Shown: piece by piece, positions 39,901 through 49,011 of the stretch
Numbering within the stretch: the stretch's first letter is position 1
Layout: each line of letters opens with the position of its first letter
From: Lytechinus pictus
Taxonomy: Eukaryota
Assembly: GCF_037042905.1 (NCBI RefSeq)
Contig: NC_087250.1
Span: 22,260,001 to 22,324,000, forward strand
Reading direction: 5' to 3'
Length of the DNA: 64,000 nucleotides
Program-made: the position numbers and the translations under genes
The notes under the pieces: generated by a model
Seen by the model: the letters and a program-made list of their open reading frames with translations, nothing else
What the model was told of the DNA's origin: nothing
Database searches by the model: none

Positions 39901-42285
39901 AGTTATAAAATTCAATTAAAAACAGTTTATTTCAATTCACATGTTCTTAAAAAATAATGAGGCATTGAACATACTGCCCCGTATTCTCAAAAGAGGTTAC
40001 AATTGTACCATGGTACATGACCATGGACTATGCATATTTATTAACATAATTAGGCTATCCAACTTAGATCCTGTATAGTGATTGGTTCAAATAGCATCAT
40101 GTGACCAAATATATTTCAACTATGATGTTGCGTGACGTCAGACCTCGATATATATTTCGCTATACCAATATTTTGATGTCATAATTTCAGAAAAAATGAT
40201 TTTTGGCAAAACTTTTGGGCACACCTCTCGGTAAGCTGTCTCTCACGGCCAAGTCCCGTGATGTGTGTCAACGCAGGCCCTTATCCGCGTTCCGTTGAGC
40301 CCGGTGGCTTGTGGAAAAGTAAACATGGTAAAAAGACTAGGAGATAGGGGTTTTATTCAGAATTTTTGGTGGGGAAGGTTTGACAGGCTTATCCAGGGTA
40401 ACATTATGTGCTGATTCCAAAAAAATGTGACTCTTATTGACTGTCCCCACGAATTATTGGCCAGTTTTTGACCAAAATGATAATTTTTAGCACTCTTTGG
40501 TCCATTAACATAATTCTTTTGTTACCACATCCAATTAAAAGTATCCATCCTCAGTAAAAATGCACCCAGATTCCAGATAAATTGGTTTTATTTGCTAAAT
40601 CACAACGTTTTGAAAAAAAAGGACAATTTTCATGATTTTTTTTTTTGACCAAAATGTGTTACAAGTATTGATCAGAACTTCGATTGGATGTCTTTAGAAA
40701 TCAACATTTATTTTTAAAATGTGCGCTGGATTATAATAATCAACCTCGTGTAATTTGTTCCGTCAGGTCTGGGCTATAAGGGCCATTTTGGGTACTTAAG
40801 ACACGACTTTACCATATGACGTCACCTTGATTCCAAATTTTGATTGACTACTTCAAACCTATCTGTGAATAGACAAATTACGCTAAACAATGTGTAGTAT
40901 ATAAACTTTGTGTTATGTCTTACTTTAAGATTGACCAGAGTGAATGTTGGTTTATGCTTCTCACACGCCAAAAAAGTGTGTATGGGATCCTGAAAATAAT
41001 TTTATGGCATCAAAATGATCATTAGATTTTTAAAAAATACTTTAAAATCTGAAAAAATATTAACCGTGCTTTATCAAGCTGTGTAGACTTGTGTAAAACG
41101 CAAAGTAACACCACGATTGTATCACTATGAAGAGGGTTCTTGGCTGAAATCATTCTACAAGTAATTTTTTTCTCTGGAAGAGGGGTGTGTAGCCCTTATA
41201 GTTATCAACCTTCATCTTGTTTACATTATGCCCGAAATTCATGTCATTTTCATGGAATGGAAGGGGAATCGTTCTCGCCGTGCAAAAATCAACGGCAATG
41301 TATATCCTATATACATTGTACGGTGCGCTGCGATGGCATGCGCGGTAAAAAATGACCATTTTGGGGTGATGTGTCAAGTAAAATCGGCCCCAATATGAAA
41401 ACGGGCGAAAACGGGCAGCTAAATTTGGTATCGACTTAAAGCTTAGACATCAGGAAAAATGATGTTGATAGAATTTAGACGGAAATCTACGAAAATTTAA
41501 ACATTTCTAATGTAAATGCAAAAAATGGATTATCAGCTTATTTCGAGGAATAATTATCATATAACCCTCCTGAAAAGGTGTCTTTTATCTACTTTGGACT
41601 CTTTCCCACGAAAAAAAATGTATATCAGGATTATGTTGGAGCCATTTCAGATTACTTCATGAAAAAACTCCTGTGAAATGGCTTGTTTTTCAACTAAGTT
41701 GTCATATACGCAGCATTTCGCAAAATGTCACATTTTACGATTATAAGGTAGGAAATTAAGAACGTTTATGCACATTCCAGAATGAAATATTTTGCTGAAG
41801 TATTTTTCGAAGAGTTGTCTTTCAGCTGGGCATGACAAAAATTAAAAATCTGAAATTGCCCAAAATGACTTTTGGCGCATTTTTGTTTCGCCCCTGCCCA
41901 ATGTGCGACGCTTCGTTATTTCGAAGGTTCGTCATTCCGAAGGTTTGTCATTTCGAAGGTTCGTTAGTCAGAAAACGAAATGAGGTTCGCAATTCCGAAG
42001 GTTCGTTAATCCGAAAATGAATTAAGGTTCGTTTGAAAATATTATATTCATGTATTCCATAAAGTTCTCAAAATAATAGTATTCCTTTTCCGGTCTGATC
42101 GTCAAAACTTATCACCTGGCACTGCGTGCTCGCATTTTTATTAGTATGTATACGACTACTTCTCAGGGGCCGCGGAACGGTTTTCAAAGTGGGGGGGGCT
42201 GACCATGCAAATAATCATAATCCTATGGTCATTTTTACGTTTTTGTACACGATTTTTGAAAAAAAGTGGGGGGCTGAAGCCCCCA

Positions 42286-42316
<31 letters not shown>

Positions 42317-45300
42317 CTTCCGTGGCCCGTTAATCATTTTGTTTTCGGACTAACGAACCTTCGGAATTACGAACCTTATTTCGTTTTCGGATTAACGATC
42401 TTCAGAATTACGAACCTTCGGAATTTCGAACCTTCTGAAATACGAACCTTCGGAATAACCGAACCTTCGGAATAACGAAGCATCGGAATTACGAATGTAT
42501 GCGGATGAAACATGCTAAGTCCTCAATTTCCTACCTATTTGAACAGCGGCAAAACTGCGCAAAAGTTTCTAAAGACATCCACTTTAATATTTGTAACACA
42601 TTTCGGACAAAAATATCATGAAAATTGTCATTTTGGGTCAAAACATGGCCGAAATGACCACTTCTTATGTGATTTGGCAAATGAAACCACTTTATCCGGA
42701 ATTTTGGTGCATTTTTACTTAGGATAAACCCGTTTAACTGGATGTGGTTACAAAATCTTTCTGCTAAGGCACCATTTTTCAAAGAGTGGTCAAAATGAAA
42801 ATTTTTGGTCAAAAATTGGCCAAAATGTCATGAAGACGGTCAATAAGAGTCACATTTTTTAATCAGGACACAATTTTACCCCGGATAAGCTTTTCAAACC
42901 ATCCCTACTTAAAATTATGAATAAAGCCCATATCACCTACATGTAGAATAAAATATTTTTACACAAGTAACAGGGATCTGCAAGCTCAGCGCATATTTTG
43001 GTTCTAAATGATTAGAAATAGGATATAAAACAAGTATATCAGGCAAGTATATCGAAAGCATAGTGGGAATTATCATTCCTCCGTTGAACTGGCAAAGCTA
43101 TTATATTTCCTTCGGGGCTTCGCCACACCAACCTCGGATGAATAATTCCACTATCTCAAGGCCTGATATATATTTTTTATTATTTGATCGCGTACACAAA
43201 GATAAATCAAATTAAATGCGCGCTTTTGGCAAAATGCGCTTAAAATGAAGCGCGTTAATGAAATAAATCTACATAGTCCATGGTTTGGTACCATGCAACG
43301 AACGTAGAGGGCAGCAACACACAAGCGTGTTGCTATAAGGAAGGTCAACTCGATACGCGCATGCAGCTGAGCTGCGCGCATATTTTATTGTTCATGCCAA
43401 CGAAATCAAATGCCGATCCAATACAACAACAAATTAGTAGCGATCAAGAAACGAATATGAAAGAATATGACTACAACAATATCAAAGATAACATTAAAAA
43501 ATATGTTGAGGAATTTACATACATATAAAAACATACTTTGATATCTAAAACTTTACAAGTATAAGTTTCAGGAAACTAAAATCATTACCAAGTCGGTGAT
43601 TGTTGTTATCAGCGATTTCACCAGACGGCTGTATTAGGTGATTTGCGTCGAGACGATTTTGTGACCACTCGCAAAGCATTTCGGGATTGAATATAACCAC
43701 CTTATTTTCTCTGAGCTCTTCGCTGAACCCATCATCACAGTGCAGCTGCAGCGCAGCGCGCAGCCAATGCAATGCATCCGATGCATGGGTTGTTTTTTCG
43801 CCGTCCATGCCATGGTCTCGGACTCAGAGTTGAAATTTAGACCCGGATTTCGGGGATACAGCGCCTTTATTTCAGATTTATAGACTTAAAAGTCAAATGA
43901 CATTTAAAATTTTAAATCTAACCTTGAACAATCATCGTTGATAAACATCAGCCCTGAAGCCATTACACTTCAAATCAGGCCAGGCAAATTAGACGTCATT
44001 GTCTAAGTTGCTAGATCTATGACGAGTCGCCTGAAGCCCCAGCGCATCATCAACGTCACTAGCTAGCTACGCGACCGGCCCAGACTCGGCGCACCCAGGC
44101 CAGAAAAATGACCTCGATTATTACGGTGGTTGTCTATGCATTTATTAGTGGTGCAGCGAAATTCAGCAGAAGAAAATAAGAGATATGAGGTATCCTCGTC
44201 ACAGGCTTAATATTCCAAAATGAGGAAAAATGTCAAAATCATGATTATTTAAGCTAAATATTTTCTTTAAAAATGAAAGTAATATTTTTAATATTTATAC
44301 TCAGAATTACCGATCTAATAATTGTTCATTAAAAAATATTTGAAATTAACAAATAAAAAAAAATCAACTCGACAAATTTCCCAAAACCCCACCTTATTTT
44401 TCAAAGTGGTCACAAAATTCGAGCGGAGTTGACCTTCCTTAGAGCAACACGCTTGTGTGTTGCTGCCCTCTACGTTCGTTGGTACCATGGTACAATTGAA
44501 ACCTCTTTTGAGAATACGGGCCAGTGGTTGTTTACTTTTTACACAAAGGATAAATACTGCAGCAAATTTTCACATCTTTTTAAAAAGTAGTATCATTTTT
44601 CAATCTGACACAACTTATAACCGGCAGTGATTGCTACTGAATTAACTATTGTACGATATCAATTCATATTGAATTACTCAATAAAGATATGTTTTTCATG
44701 ACGATCGCCTTCACACTATTAAACTTGAGCATTTCAACAGTGTGAATTCTTATAGTCGACCATGACACACTGACACTGTGAACACTGTCGAGGCGTTCAC
44801 AGTGTGGAAATATATTCACAATGGTGAATTTGAACATCTAACGGTGTGAATAACATTTTAATACTGTAACAATGCACTATGGGAACACACTGTGATCGAA
44901 CTATGTAACACCTTATTCTTTCAAGGAGGGTTGGGCGCCGCTCTACCCGCACCCCCCCCCCCCCCTGCCAAAACCTGGATCCGCCTGTGGTTTATAATAA
45001 AGTTAAAGTAAAATGCAATCGAAACTCTGAACAATACTTACATTGTTGGATCAATAAAACGTTCTAGCACATCCCCTAGATGGGGGTGCATGACTTCCAC
45101 CATCCTGCAGCGTCCTTCTCCCACCGAAGTCTGCAAGAAAATGATCCAGATTCTTCGATTACCAAGGGCTCATATCTAAATCTGTTTGCAGTGTGCAAGC
45201 TTATCGTCATGAAAAACATATCTTTATCGAGTAAGTCAAAATGAATTGATATCTTAAGGGGCTTATTTCCAAGTAACCATAATCTTTATTTCGAATTGTT

Positions 45301-46879
45301 CGGTGATAAACGGTTCATGTACCAAAGTTTGTTTGACAAAATATGAAGAGTTAACGTTGAATTCGTAAATATATATTTCATACCTATACACACACTACAT
45401 ATTATGGCCCCATTAATTCATATTGTGCACACATCTAAATCTGTTTGCAGTGTTCAAGCTTATCGTCATGAAAAACATATATTTATTGAGTAAGTCAATA
45501 TGGATTGATATCTTAAGGGGCTTATTTCCAAGTAACCCTAATCTTTATGTCGAATTGTTCGGTGATAAACGGTTCAAAATTTGTTTGACAAAATATGAAG
45601 AGTTAACGTTGAATTCGTAAATATATATTTCATACCTATACACACACTACATATTATGGCCCCATTAATTCATATTGTGCACACATCGTATTATCATGTT
45701 TATGGACCTGACAGGGAGTAAAGTACAGTTTTTGTTTGTATTATTATTATGGTAATTCTTACCTTTCATTTTTTATTGATTGCATTTTCAAAGTAAAATT
45801 TTGTTGTCCGATACGGAGATAAAAGTTCCATACAGGGGGTTAAATTTCGTGATCAGACATGTTGTCTGCATAGACAAACAATCAGGGCAATTATGCAGCT
45901 ATCAACAAAGAGTATTATAGTAATTTATATTGTTTCAGTTATAGTTTGTTCGTTGGCTTTGTAGAGTAGGCCCTATAAGATTGAAGGCCTATTATCTACA
46001 TTTAGTCTTAATGAGAAAAAAAACAATACAAGCGTATTGGGGAAAAAATTATAAAACGCTGCTAAAAAAATAAGATTTGATTTGATATAAGATTCAAATT
46101 TATGATTTGTTCTTTTTTTTCATATTTCCCACCTTTGTTCATATACTTTACGTTTTACTGTCTCATTTATGTCATTAGAAGTGAAACTTTGTGGGCATTC
46201 CCAAGCCCCTATCTCTACAATAGTAGTCTACACTACAAAACTATTGAGTCAAGAAGAGCAGATTTCGGTTTTCTGAGATGACATCATAAATTGAAATCAC
46301 ATCAACTTCTTATTTTACATTAGATTTGGTTTATGTTTTCAGCAATATGCTTCCTTGATCTTTCTTTAATTTTTTTTACGTTTGTATGTTGATGTTTCTC
46401 TATTGATTAAAATCAACATTTTCTGAGGTGGACTTGTCCTTTTTAGTCATCAAGTTACAAACAACATGTCTGATTAAAAATGTAAACGATGTCAATATCG
46501 AGGGAAGTAGATTGCTAAAGATTTACAATGACTTGTAAATCATACAAGGGATTAGCAGCAATTAGGAAACAAAATTATATATCGTGCTGCTGCTAAACTA
46601 GTAACCTTAGAAGTCAAAGTTAACCCGTTTTAATCACAAATAACGCGTACGACATACATAACAATGATATCTGCTTAATAGGTAAACATGACTCCCTTAC
46701 CCAACGGGCGATTAACCTCTTTTTGTGGCATTCGTTCTAATTAACTCTTAGGTCACTGTAAACAACCGTATTATAAATATAAACAATAAGAATGGATTTT
46801 GAACCCATCTCTTATGTCTTCAGTTTCTATCGATGTATCTGATAATTCATCAAACTTGAAGTTTAAAAAAACTAGTGTG

Positions 46880-46943
<64 letters not shown>

Positions 46944-47638
46944 TATACGCACACATGCACATATTTATATATATATATATTTATATATAATCAGTAAAAC
47001 GTACTTTCGCGTCGAGGCTGAAAGTACCCCTTTGTATTAGACCTACAAGCCAGGGTTCGGATGGGGGGTCGAATCTCATCAATGATAGTTTTCTTCAAGT
47101 TGCAAGTTGGAAGGAACAATAAGGGGAAATTTGGAAAGAAAGAACAGCATAAAAAGGACACCTACATGTACATGGGTCGTATAACTATCTTATACTACCC
47201 TGGCCACTATTATTCAATTGGAAAAAAATATGACGTTATTCTCGTGTCGTTTAGCACCCCACATGCATACCTTAAATATCTTCTTTTTTTTTTCCTGGTA
47301 AAAAACGACCCATCAAACCTCCTTCCAAGAGTGTTCTGTGGTATATAACTATGGCATATACTGTATATACCTTTTATGAGGAAAATTGACAAACATATCA
47401 ACTTATCAGGTGTCAAAGAACTAAGACATTTTTAAGGTCTTTTGCCATAAACAAACTCTATGAATGGAATGAGTTATAGGACAATGATTTCATCAAAGCG
47501 ACATCAAAGTTGTTGGAATAAGTGAAAATAATCAGAGATACATAATTCGTGATCCTTCAGATTCAGCTCTCTTCGTATGATTTATTCTCGTACCCTCTGA
47601 TGATTTTGATCAAAATATGATTTCCGGCGAAGCATCAT
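948..47638 (-). CDS. Multi-exon ankyrin-repeat protein gene (19 exons in window, >=879 aa, ~23 ANK repeats; 3' end beyond left edge)
   Basis: Exons (high to low): 47638-47594, 45130-45042, 39386-39241, 37384-37269, 34941-34790, 34120-33964, 33618-33400, 33008-32884, 32124-31986, 31362-31217, 28591-28435, 27901-27750, 23273-23114, 22233-22094, 20970-20814, 10245-10130, 3872-3716, 1792-1707, 1127-948. All junctions are GT-AG and phase-compatible, giving 2639 nt with no stop codon. Repeated G-TPLH-AA--G-VK-LL--GA-I motifs. Orthology not recognisable. Confidence 0.88.
1707..1792 (-). CDS. Ankyrin exon ([28 protein letters not shown])
   Basis: ANK consensus, cag acceptor and GTAAGG donor, phase 0 to 2. 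Confidence 0.9.
2088..2613. mobile_element. Foldback-type MITE built of CCGAAGGTTCG units
   Basis: Inverted arms of TTCCGAAGGTTCG repeats; 7-8 bp TSD ACCCAGC(C); related copy at 41906-42504. Confidence 0.75.
2897..3173 (-). mobile_element. tRNA-derived SINE with Nin/Deu-like core
   Basis: A and B boxes, CACTCGACCCAGGTG...AATGGGTACCCG core, (ATT)n tail. Confidence 0.8.
3226..3641. mobile_element. MITE with AGGC(C/G)ACCGCACACCTTACGA TIRs
   Basis: TIRs with TAA/TTA flanks; inverted copy at 23615-24038. Confidence 0.8.
3716..3872 (-). CDS. Ankyrin exon ([52 protein letters not shown])
   Basis: ANK consensus, 157 nt, phase 2 to 0. Confidence 0.93.
4478..6478. mobile_element. Harbinger-like non-autonomous element, copy A (internal polypurine tract)
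   Basis: TIR GGG(T/C)GGTATTCTGAAAACGTTCTTATC, flanked by CAG on both sides. Confidence 0.8.
6507..8333. mobile_element. Harbinger-like element copy B, inverted relative to copy A
   Basis: Same TIRs and internal segments in reverse orientation; followed by CAG; extra 22-bp TIR stub at 6482-6503. Confidence 0.8.
8770..9966. mobile_element. Non-autonomous Transib-like DNA transposon with RSS-like ends
   Basis: Bipartite TIR CACAGTGGGCC-N11-AAAGTGCGCCAAAA at both ends; perfect 5-bp TSD CGACG (8765-8769 and 9967-9971). Confidence 0.85.
10130..10245 (-). CDS. Ankyrin exon ([38 protein letters not shown])
   Basis: tttag acceptor, CG|GTAATT donor, TPLH motif; the only phase 0-to-2 exon found linking 20814 to 3872. 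Confidence 0.82.
10989..11113 (+). repeat. 5' LTR (125 bp)
   Basis: Direct repeat of 20601-20743 with 11 substitutions and an 18-nt deletion; TG...CA ends. Confidence 0.9.
11120..11137 (+). other. Primer binding site complementary to the 3' end of tRNA-Ser(GCT)
   Basis: TGGCGACGAGGATGGGAT is the reverse complement of ATCCCATCCTCGTCG-CCA. Confidence 0.8.
11160..16595. mobile_element. Unclassified interspersed repeat with recurrent GCTCGCGCTTCGCGCTCGC motifs, in place of most of gag
   Basis: Motif recurs in 11540-12510 and 16245-16510, and the two parts are continuous across the 12535-16177 insertion; boundaries approximate. Confidence 0.55.
12535..16177. mobile_element. Non-autonomous TIR element (Harbinger-like GGCCCG ends)
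   Basis: TIR GGCCCGTATTCTGATAGC at both ends; a copy of one end lies at 38884-39135. Confidence 0.75.
16758..19690 (+). pseudogene. Gypsy gag knuckle remnant and pol (protease, RT, RNase H), multiply disrupted
   Basis: GHFAREC knuckle remnant; [10 protein letters not shown] (DTG protease site decayed); [32 protein letters not shown] (YxDD decayed); [26 protein letters not shown]; many stops and frameshifts; integrase largely absent. Confidence 0.9.
20105..20241 (-). mobile_element. tRNA-derived SINE fragment inside the Gypsy element
   Basis: A box GGTGGCTCAGTGG, B box GTTCGATCCC, followed by a non-tRNA core. Confidence 0.7.
20601..20743 (+). repeat. 3' LTR (143 bp)
   Basis: Preceded by the purine tract aagtggggaagg; matches the 5' LTR. 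Confidence 0.9.
20814..20970 (-). CDS. Ankyrin exon ([52 protein letters not shown])
   Basis: ANK consensus, 157 nt, phase 2 to 0. Confidence 0.93.
21664..21833. mobile_element. Short Harbinger-like MITE
   Basis: GGGCCCGTTTCATAAAGCTGTTCGTAA left arm with a matching degenerate right arm. Confidence 0.6.
22094..22233 (-). CDS. Ankyrin exon ([46 protein letters not shown])
   Basis: ANK consensus, phase 0 to 2. Confidence 0.93.
23114..23273 (-). CDS. Ankyrin exon ([53 protein letters not shown])
   Basis: ANK consensus, phase 2 to 0. Confidence 0.9.
23615..24038. mobile_element. MITE, same family as 3226-3641, inverted
   Basis: Reverse-complement similarity; TAA on both sides. Confidence 0.8.
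24042..25277. mobile_element. Harbinger-like non-autonomous element
   Basis: Perfect 23-bp TIR GGCTGGGTTCACATAGAAGTATA; TAA TSD. Confidence 0.85.
26367..27483. mobile_element. Helentron/HINE-like element with an internal ~160-bp tandem array
   Basis: Starts AAACAAG; subterminal inverted repeat GTCTCACCTGCAT (26391-26403) / ATGCAGGTGAGAC (27465-27477); terminal hairpin; TGACCTTTGACC-rich units; degenerate copies near 22360-22650, 30345-30976 and 37535-37750. Confidence 0.65.
27750..27901 (-). CDS. Ankyrin exon ([50 protein letters not shown])
   Basis: ANK consensus, phase 0 to 2. Confidence 0.92.
28435..28591 (-). CDS. Ankyrin exon ([52 protein letters not shown])
   Basis: ANK consensus, 157 nt, phase 2 to 0. 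Confidence 0.93.
29232..30315. mobile_element. Unclassified TIR element with 4-bp TSD
   Basis: CAGTCAG-NNN-GCAGGTCCC inverted ends; GGAT duplicated at 29228-29231 and 30316-30319. Confidence 0.65.
31217..31362 (-). CDS. Ankyrin exon ([48 protein letters not shown])
   Basis: ANK consensus, phase 0 to 2. Confidence 0.92.
31986..32124 (-). CDS. Ankyrin exon ([46 protein letters not shown])
   Basis: ttttcag acceptor, GTAAG donor, phase 2 to 0. Confidence 0.88.
32884..33008 (-). CDS. Ankyrin exon ([41 protein letters not shown])
   Basis: ANK-like, AG/GT ends, phase 0 to 2. Confidence 0.88.
33400..33618 (-). CDS. Ankyrin exon ([20 protein letters not shown]...[30 protein letters not shown])
   Basis: ANK consensus, 219 nt, phase 0 to 0. 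Confidence 0.92.
33964..34120 (-). CDS. Ankyrin exon ([12 protein letters not shown]...[30 protein letters not shown])
   Basis: ANK consensus, 157 nt, phase 2 to 0. Confidence 0.92.
34790..34941 (-). CDS. Ankyrin exon ([51 protein letters not shown])
   Basis: ANK consensus, AG/GT ends, phase 0 to 2. Confidence 0.92.
35821..36149. mobile_element. MITE with long TIRs
   Basis: CCACTT-ATTGACG-GTGGATACCAGGCGCGACCA inverted at both ends. Confidence 0.7.
36405..36600 (+). mobile_element. Degenerate tRNA-derived SINE (same family as 51320-51490)
   Basis: Shared head and the segment CAATGCTCTTTTATCCTG...AAATAAATG. Confidence 0.6.
37269..37384 (-). CDS. Ankyrin gene exon 4 ([38 protein letters not shown])
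   Basis: ttttttacag acceptor, GTAAGT donor, first ANK-like repeat. Confidence 0.85.
38366..38873 (+). mobile_element. 5'-truncated RTE-clade LINE (3' end of the RT ORF)
   Basis: [41 protein letters not shown] motifs; (GAT)n tail; 9-bp TSD TAATCATTT (38357-38365 and 38874-38882). Confidence 0.9.
39241..39386 (-). CDS. Ankyrin gene exon 3 ([20 protein letters not shown]...TLEKLK)
   Basis: aatcag acceptor, G|GTAGAT donor; phase 2 to 1 bridges exons 2 and 4 exactly. Confidence 0.7.
40787..41905. mobile_element. Second, inverted and one-ended copy of the Transib-like element
   Basis: Reverse-complement similarity to about 8770-9890; terminus CACATTG abutting CGACG at 41906-41910. Confidence 0.8.
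43296..44481. mobile_element. Non-autonomous element with ~55-bp TIR and 8-bp TSD (P- or hAT-like)
   Basis: TIR CAACGAACGTAGAGGGCAGCAACACACAAGCGTGTTGCT-TAAGGAAGGTCAACTC; TSD GTACCATG. Confidence 0.85.
45042..45130 (-). CDS. Ankyrin gene exon 2 ([29 protein letters not shown])
   Basis: tttcttgcag acceptor, AT|GTAAGT donor, open frame, phase 0 to 2. Confidence 0.65.
45174..45684. repeat. Direct tandem duplication (~259 bp + ~252 bp)
   Basis: Units at 45174-45432 and 45433-45684 are nearly identical apart from a small indel and a few substitutions. Confidence 0.9.
46880..46990. repeat. (TA)n microsatellite
   Basis: Directly visible. Confidence 0.95.
47594..47638 (-). CDS. Ankyrin gene putative exon 1 ([15 protein letters not shown])
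   Basis: caaacATG context, AGG|GTACGA phase-0 donor matching the next exon, CCAAT about 30 bp upstream. An alternative start is the ATG at 45103. Confidence 0.5.
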
Positions 47639-47809
47639 GTTTGGTAACGGCGAAAACGCACGCCCATTGGACAATATTCATAATTTTTCATCATTACGAA
47701 AGATCGGCAGAGGAGGATGACAAGGAGGGCGAGGAGGATAAAGGAGGAGGAGGAAGAAGAGGGAGAAGAAGGAGAAGAAGAAAAAGAAAAAGAATGTCTT
47801 TAAAAAAAA

Positions 47810-47881
47810 AGGTCCCACCGGGATTTGAACTCGGATCGCTGGATTCAAAGTCCAGAGTGCTAACCATTACACCATGGGGCC
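47810..47881 (-). tRNA. tRNA-Gln (anticodon TTG)
   Basis: GGCCCCATGGTGTAATGGTTAGCACTCTGGACTTTGAATCCAGCGATCCGAGTTCAAATCCCGGTGGGACCT followed by an oligo-T Pol III terminator (47802-47809); intact A and B boxes; C-A mismatches in the acceptor and T stems. Confidence 0.9.
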
Positions 47882-48089
47882 TTTAGTGGTAATACTCTAA
47901 CAGCATACTGTACAATTCAGTTAAAATATTTGTTTCTTTTCGCTGGCCACAAAAGTTGTTCCTTTGGATTTGAAACATTATGCGAAGAATAGAAAGAATG
48001 TGCACAGCCCCAAAACCTTGTTTTAATTGAAGTTGATCATAAATGGATATTTATTCACTGCATAGGGTTCATTATATATGTTGCTAAAG

Positions 48090-48271
48090 GGGAAGGAGAA
48101 GAAGAAGATGATTATGATGAAGAAGAAGAAGATAAAGAAGAAGGAAGAGAAGGAAGAGAAGAAAAAGAAGAACAAGAAGGAGGAGAAGAAGAAGAAGGAT
48201 AAGAAGAAGAGAAATAAATAAAGAATAAGGAGGAGGAGGAGAAGAAGAAGAAGATGATGATGTATATGATA

Positions 48272-48318
<47 letters not shown>

Positions 48319-48462
48319 AATGGTGATGATGATGATGATGATGAAGAAGAAGAAGGGGAGAAGGAAAAGAAGAAGACGAGAAAGAAGAAGAAGAAAAGAA
48401 AGAAGAAGAAGGAGGAGGAGAAGAATAAGATGATTATGACGATTATGATAATGATGATGATA

Positions 48463-48497
<35 letters not shown>

Positions 48498-48525
48498 AAT
48501 GATAATGATAATGATGATGATGAAG
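48090..48525. repeat. Compound (GAA)n/(GAT)n trinucleotide repeat
   Basis: Directly visible. Confidence 0.95.
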
Positions 48526-48666
48526 AGTGTGAAGGAGAAAAAAATAATACGTAGAACAGGAGAAAATTGTGAGTCCGCAAAGAGACAAAATAGGGGGGAA
48601 ATACGTAACCACTCTTTTAATCAGCAAACCAAACAAGACAAAATAAATCAAAGAGAATGTATTAGA

Positions 48667-48769
48667 GTCACGTGATGCTATCACGTGATTCTAATCCGCC
48701 CCTTTTTTAGGTTCATTATATAATCGGTCAAATCTTACACCTTAATCACCTTTACGCGAACTTCACGTG
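48667..48769. promoter_or_regulatory. Cluster of three CACGTG E-boxes plus a GC box upstream of the MAM gene
   Basis: GTCACGTGAT (48667-48676), ATCACGTGAT (48680-48689), CCGCCC (~48696), CACGTG (48764-48769); about 180-280 bp upstream of ATG 48945. Confidence 0.5.
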
Positions 48770-48944
48770 TTTTTCTGATTTTCAGCTCGTTTTTAGAACT
48801 CCAATAATCATTGTCGAGTTCAAAACGCTGGGAAATTCGAAGGCATCCTGGGAGAATTATAGGAATAAGCTCAGAGGAAACTCACAGCTTTCATTTTGTC
48901 ACCAGAAATTTCGGACCCTGGGCTGAAATGGAAAGGAAATAAAG

Positions 48945-49011
48945 ATGGATATGATGTCTATAAACAGGATTGTTACCTTTTTTATTTTCTTCGGGACGTT
49001 CTTCACGTTTT
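48945..49011 (+). CDS. MAM-domain gene exon 1, signal peptide (MDMMSINRIVTFFIFFGTFFTF)
   Basis: aagATGG start, hydrophobic stretch, T|GTAAGT phase-1 donor joining in frame to 57337 (...[11 protein letters not shown]). Confidence 0.72.

Larger units (their letters stand above)
39976..44522. mobile_element. Outer Harbinger-like MITE arms enclosing a multi-layer TE nest
   Basis: CCCGTATTCTCAAAAGAGGTT-CAATTGTACCATGGTAC inverted at both ends. Confidence 0.7.

Noticed and set aside
948..47638. Naming the ankyrin gene (for example ANK, TRPA, ANKRD)
   Set aside because: No diagnostic non-ankyrin domain is visible in the window and the C-terminus is missing.
48112..48684. 190-aa poly-His/Ile/Ser ORF and the opposite-strand poly-Met ORF
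   Set aside because: Both are trinucleotide microsatellite translations.
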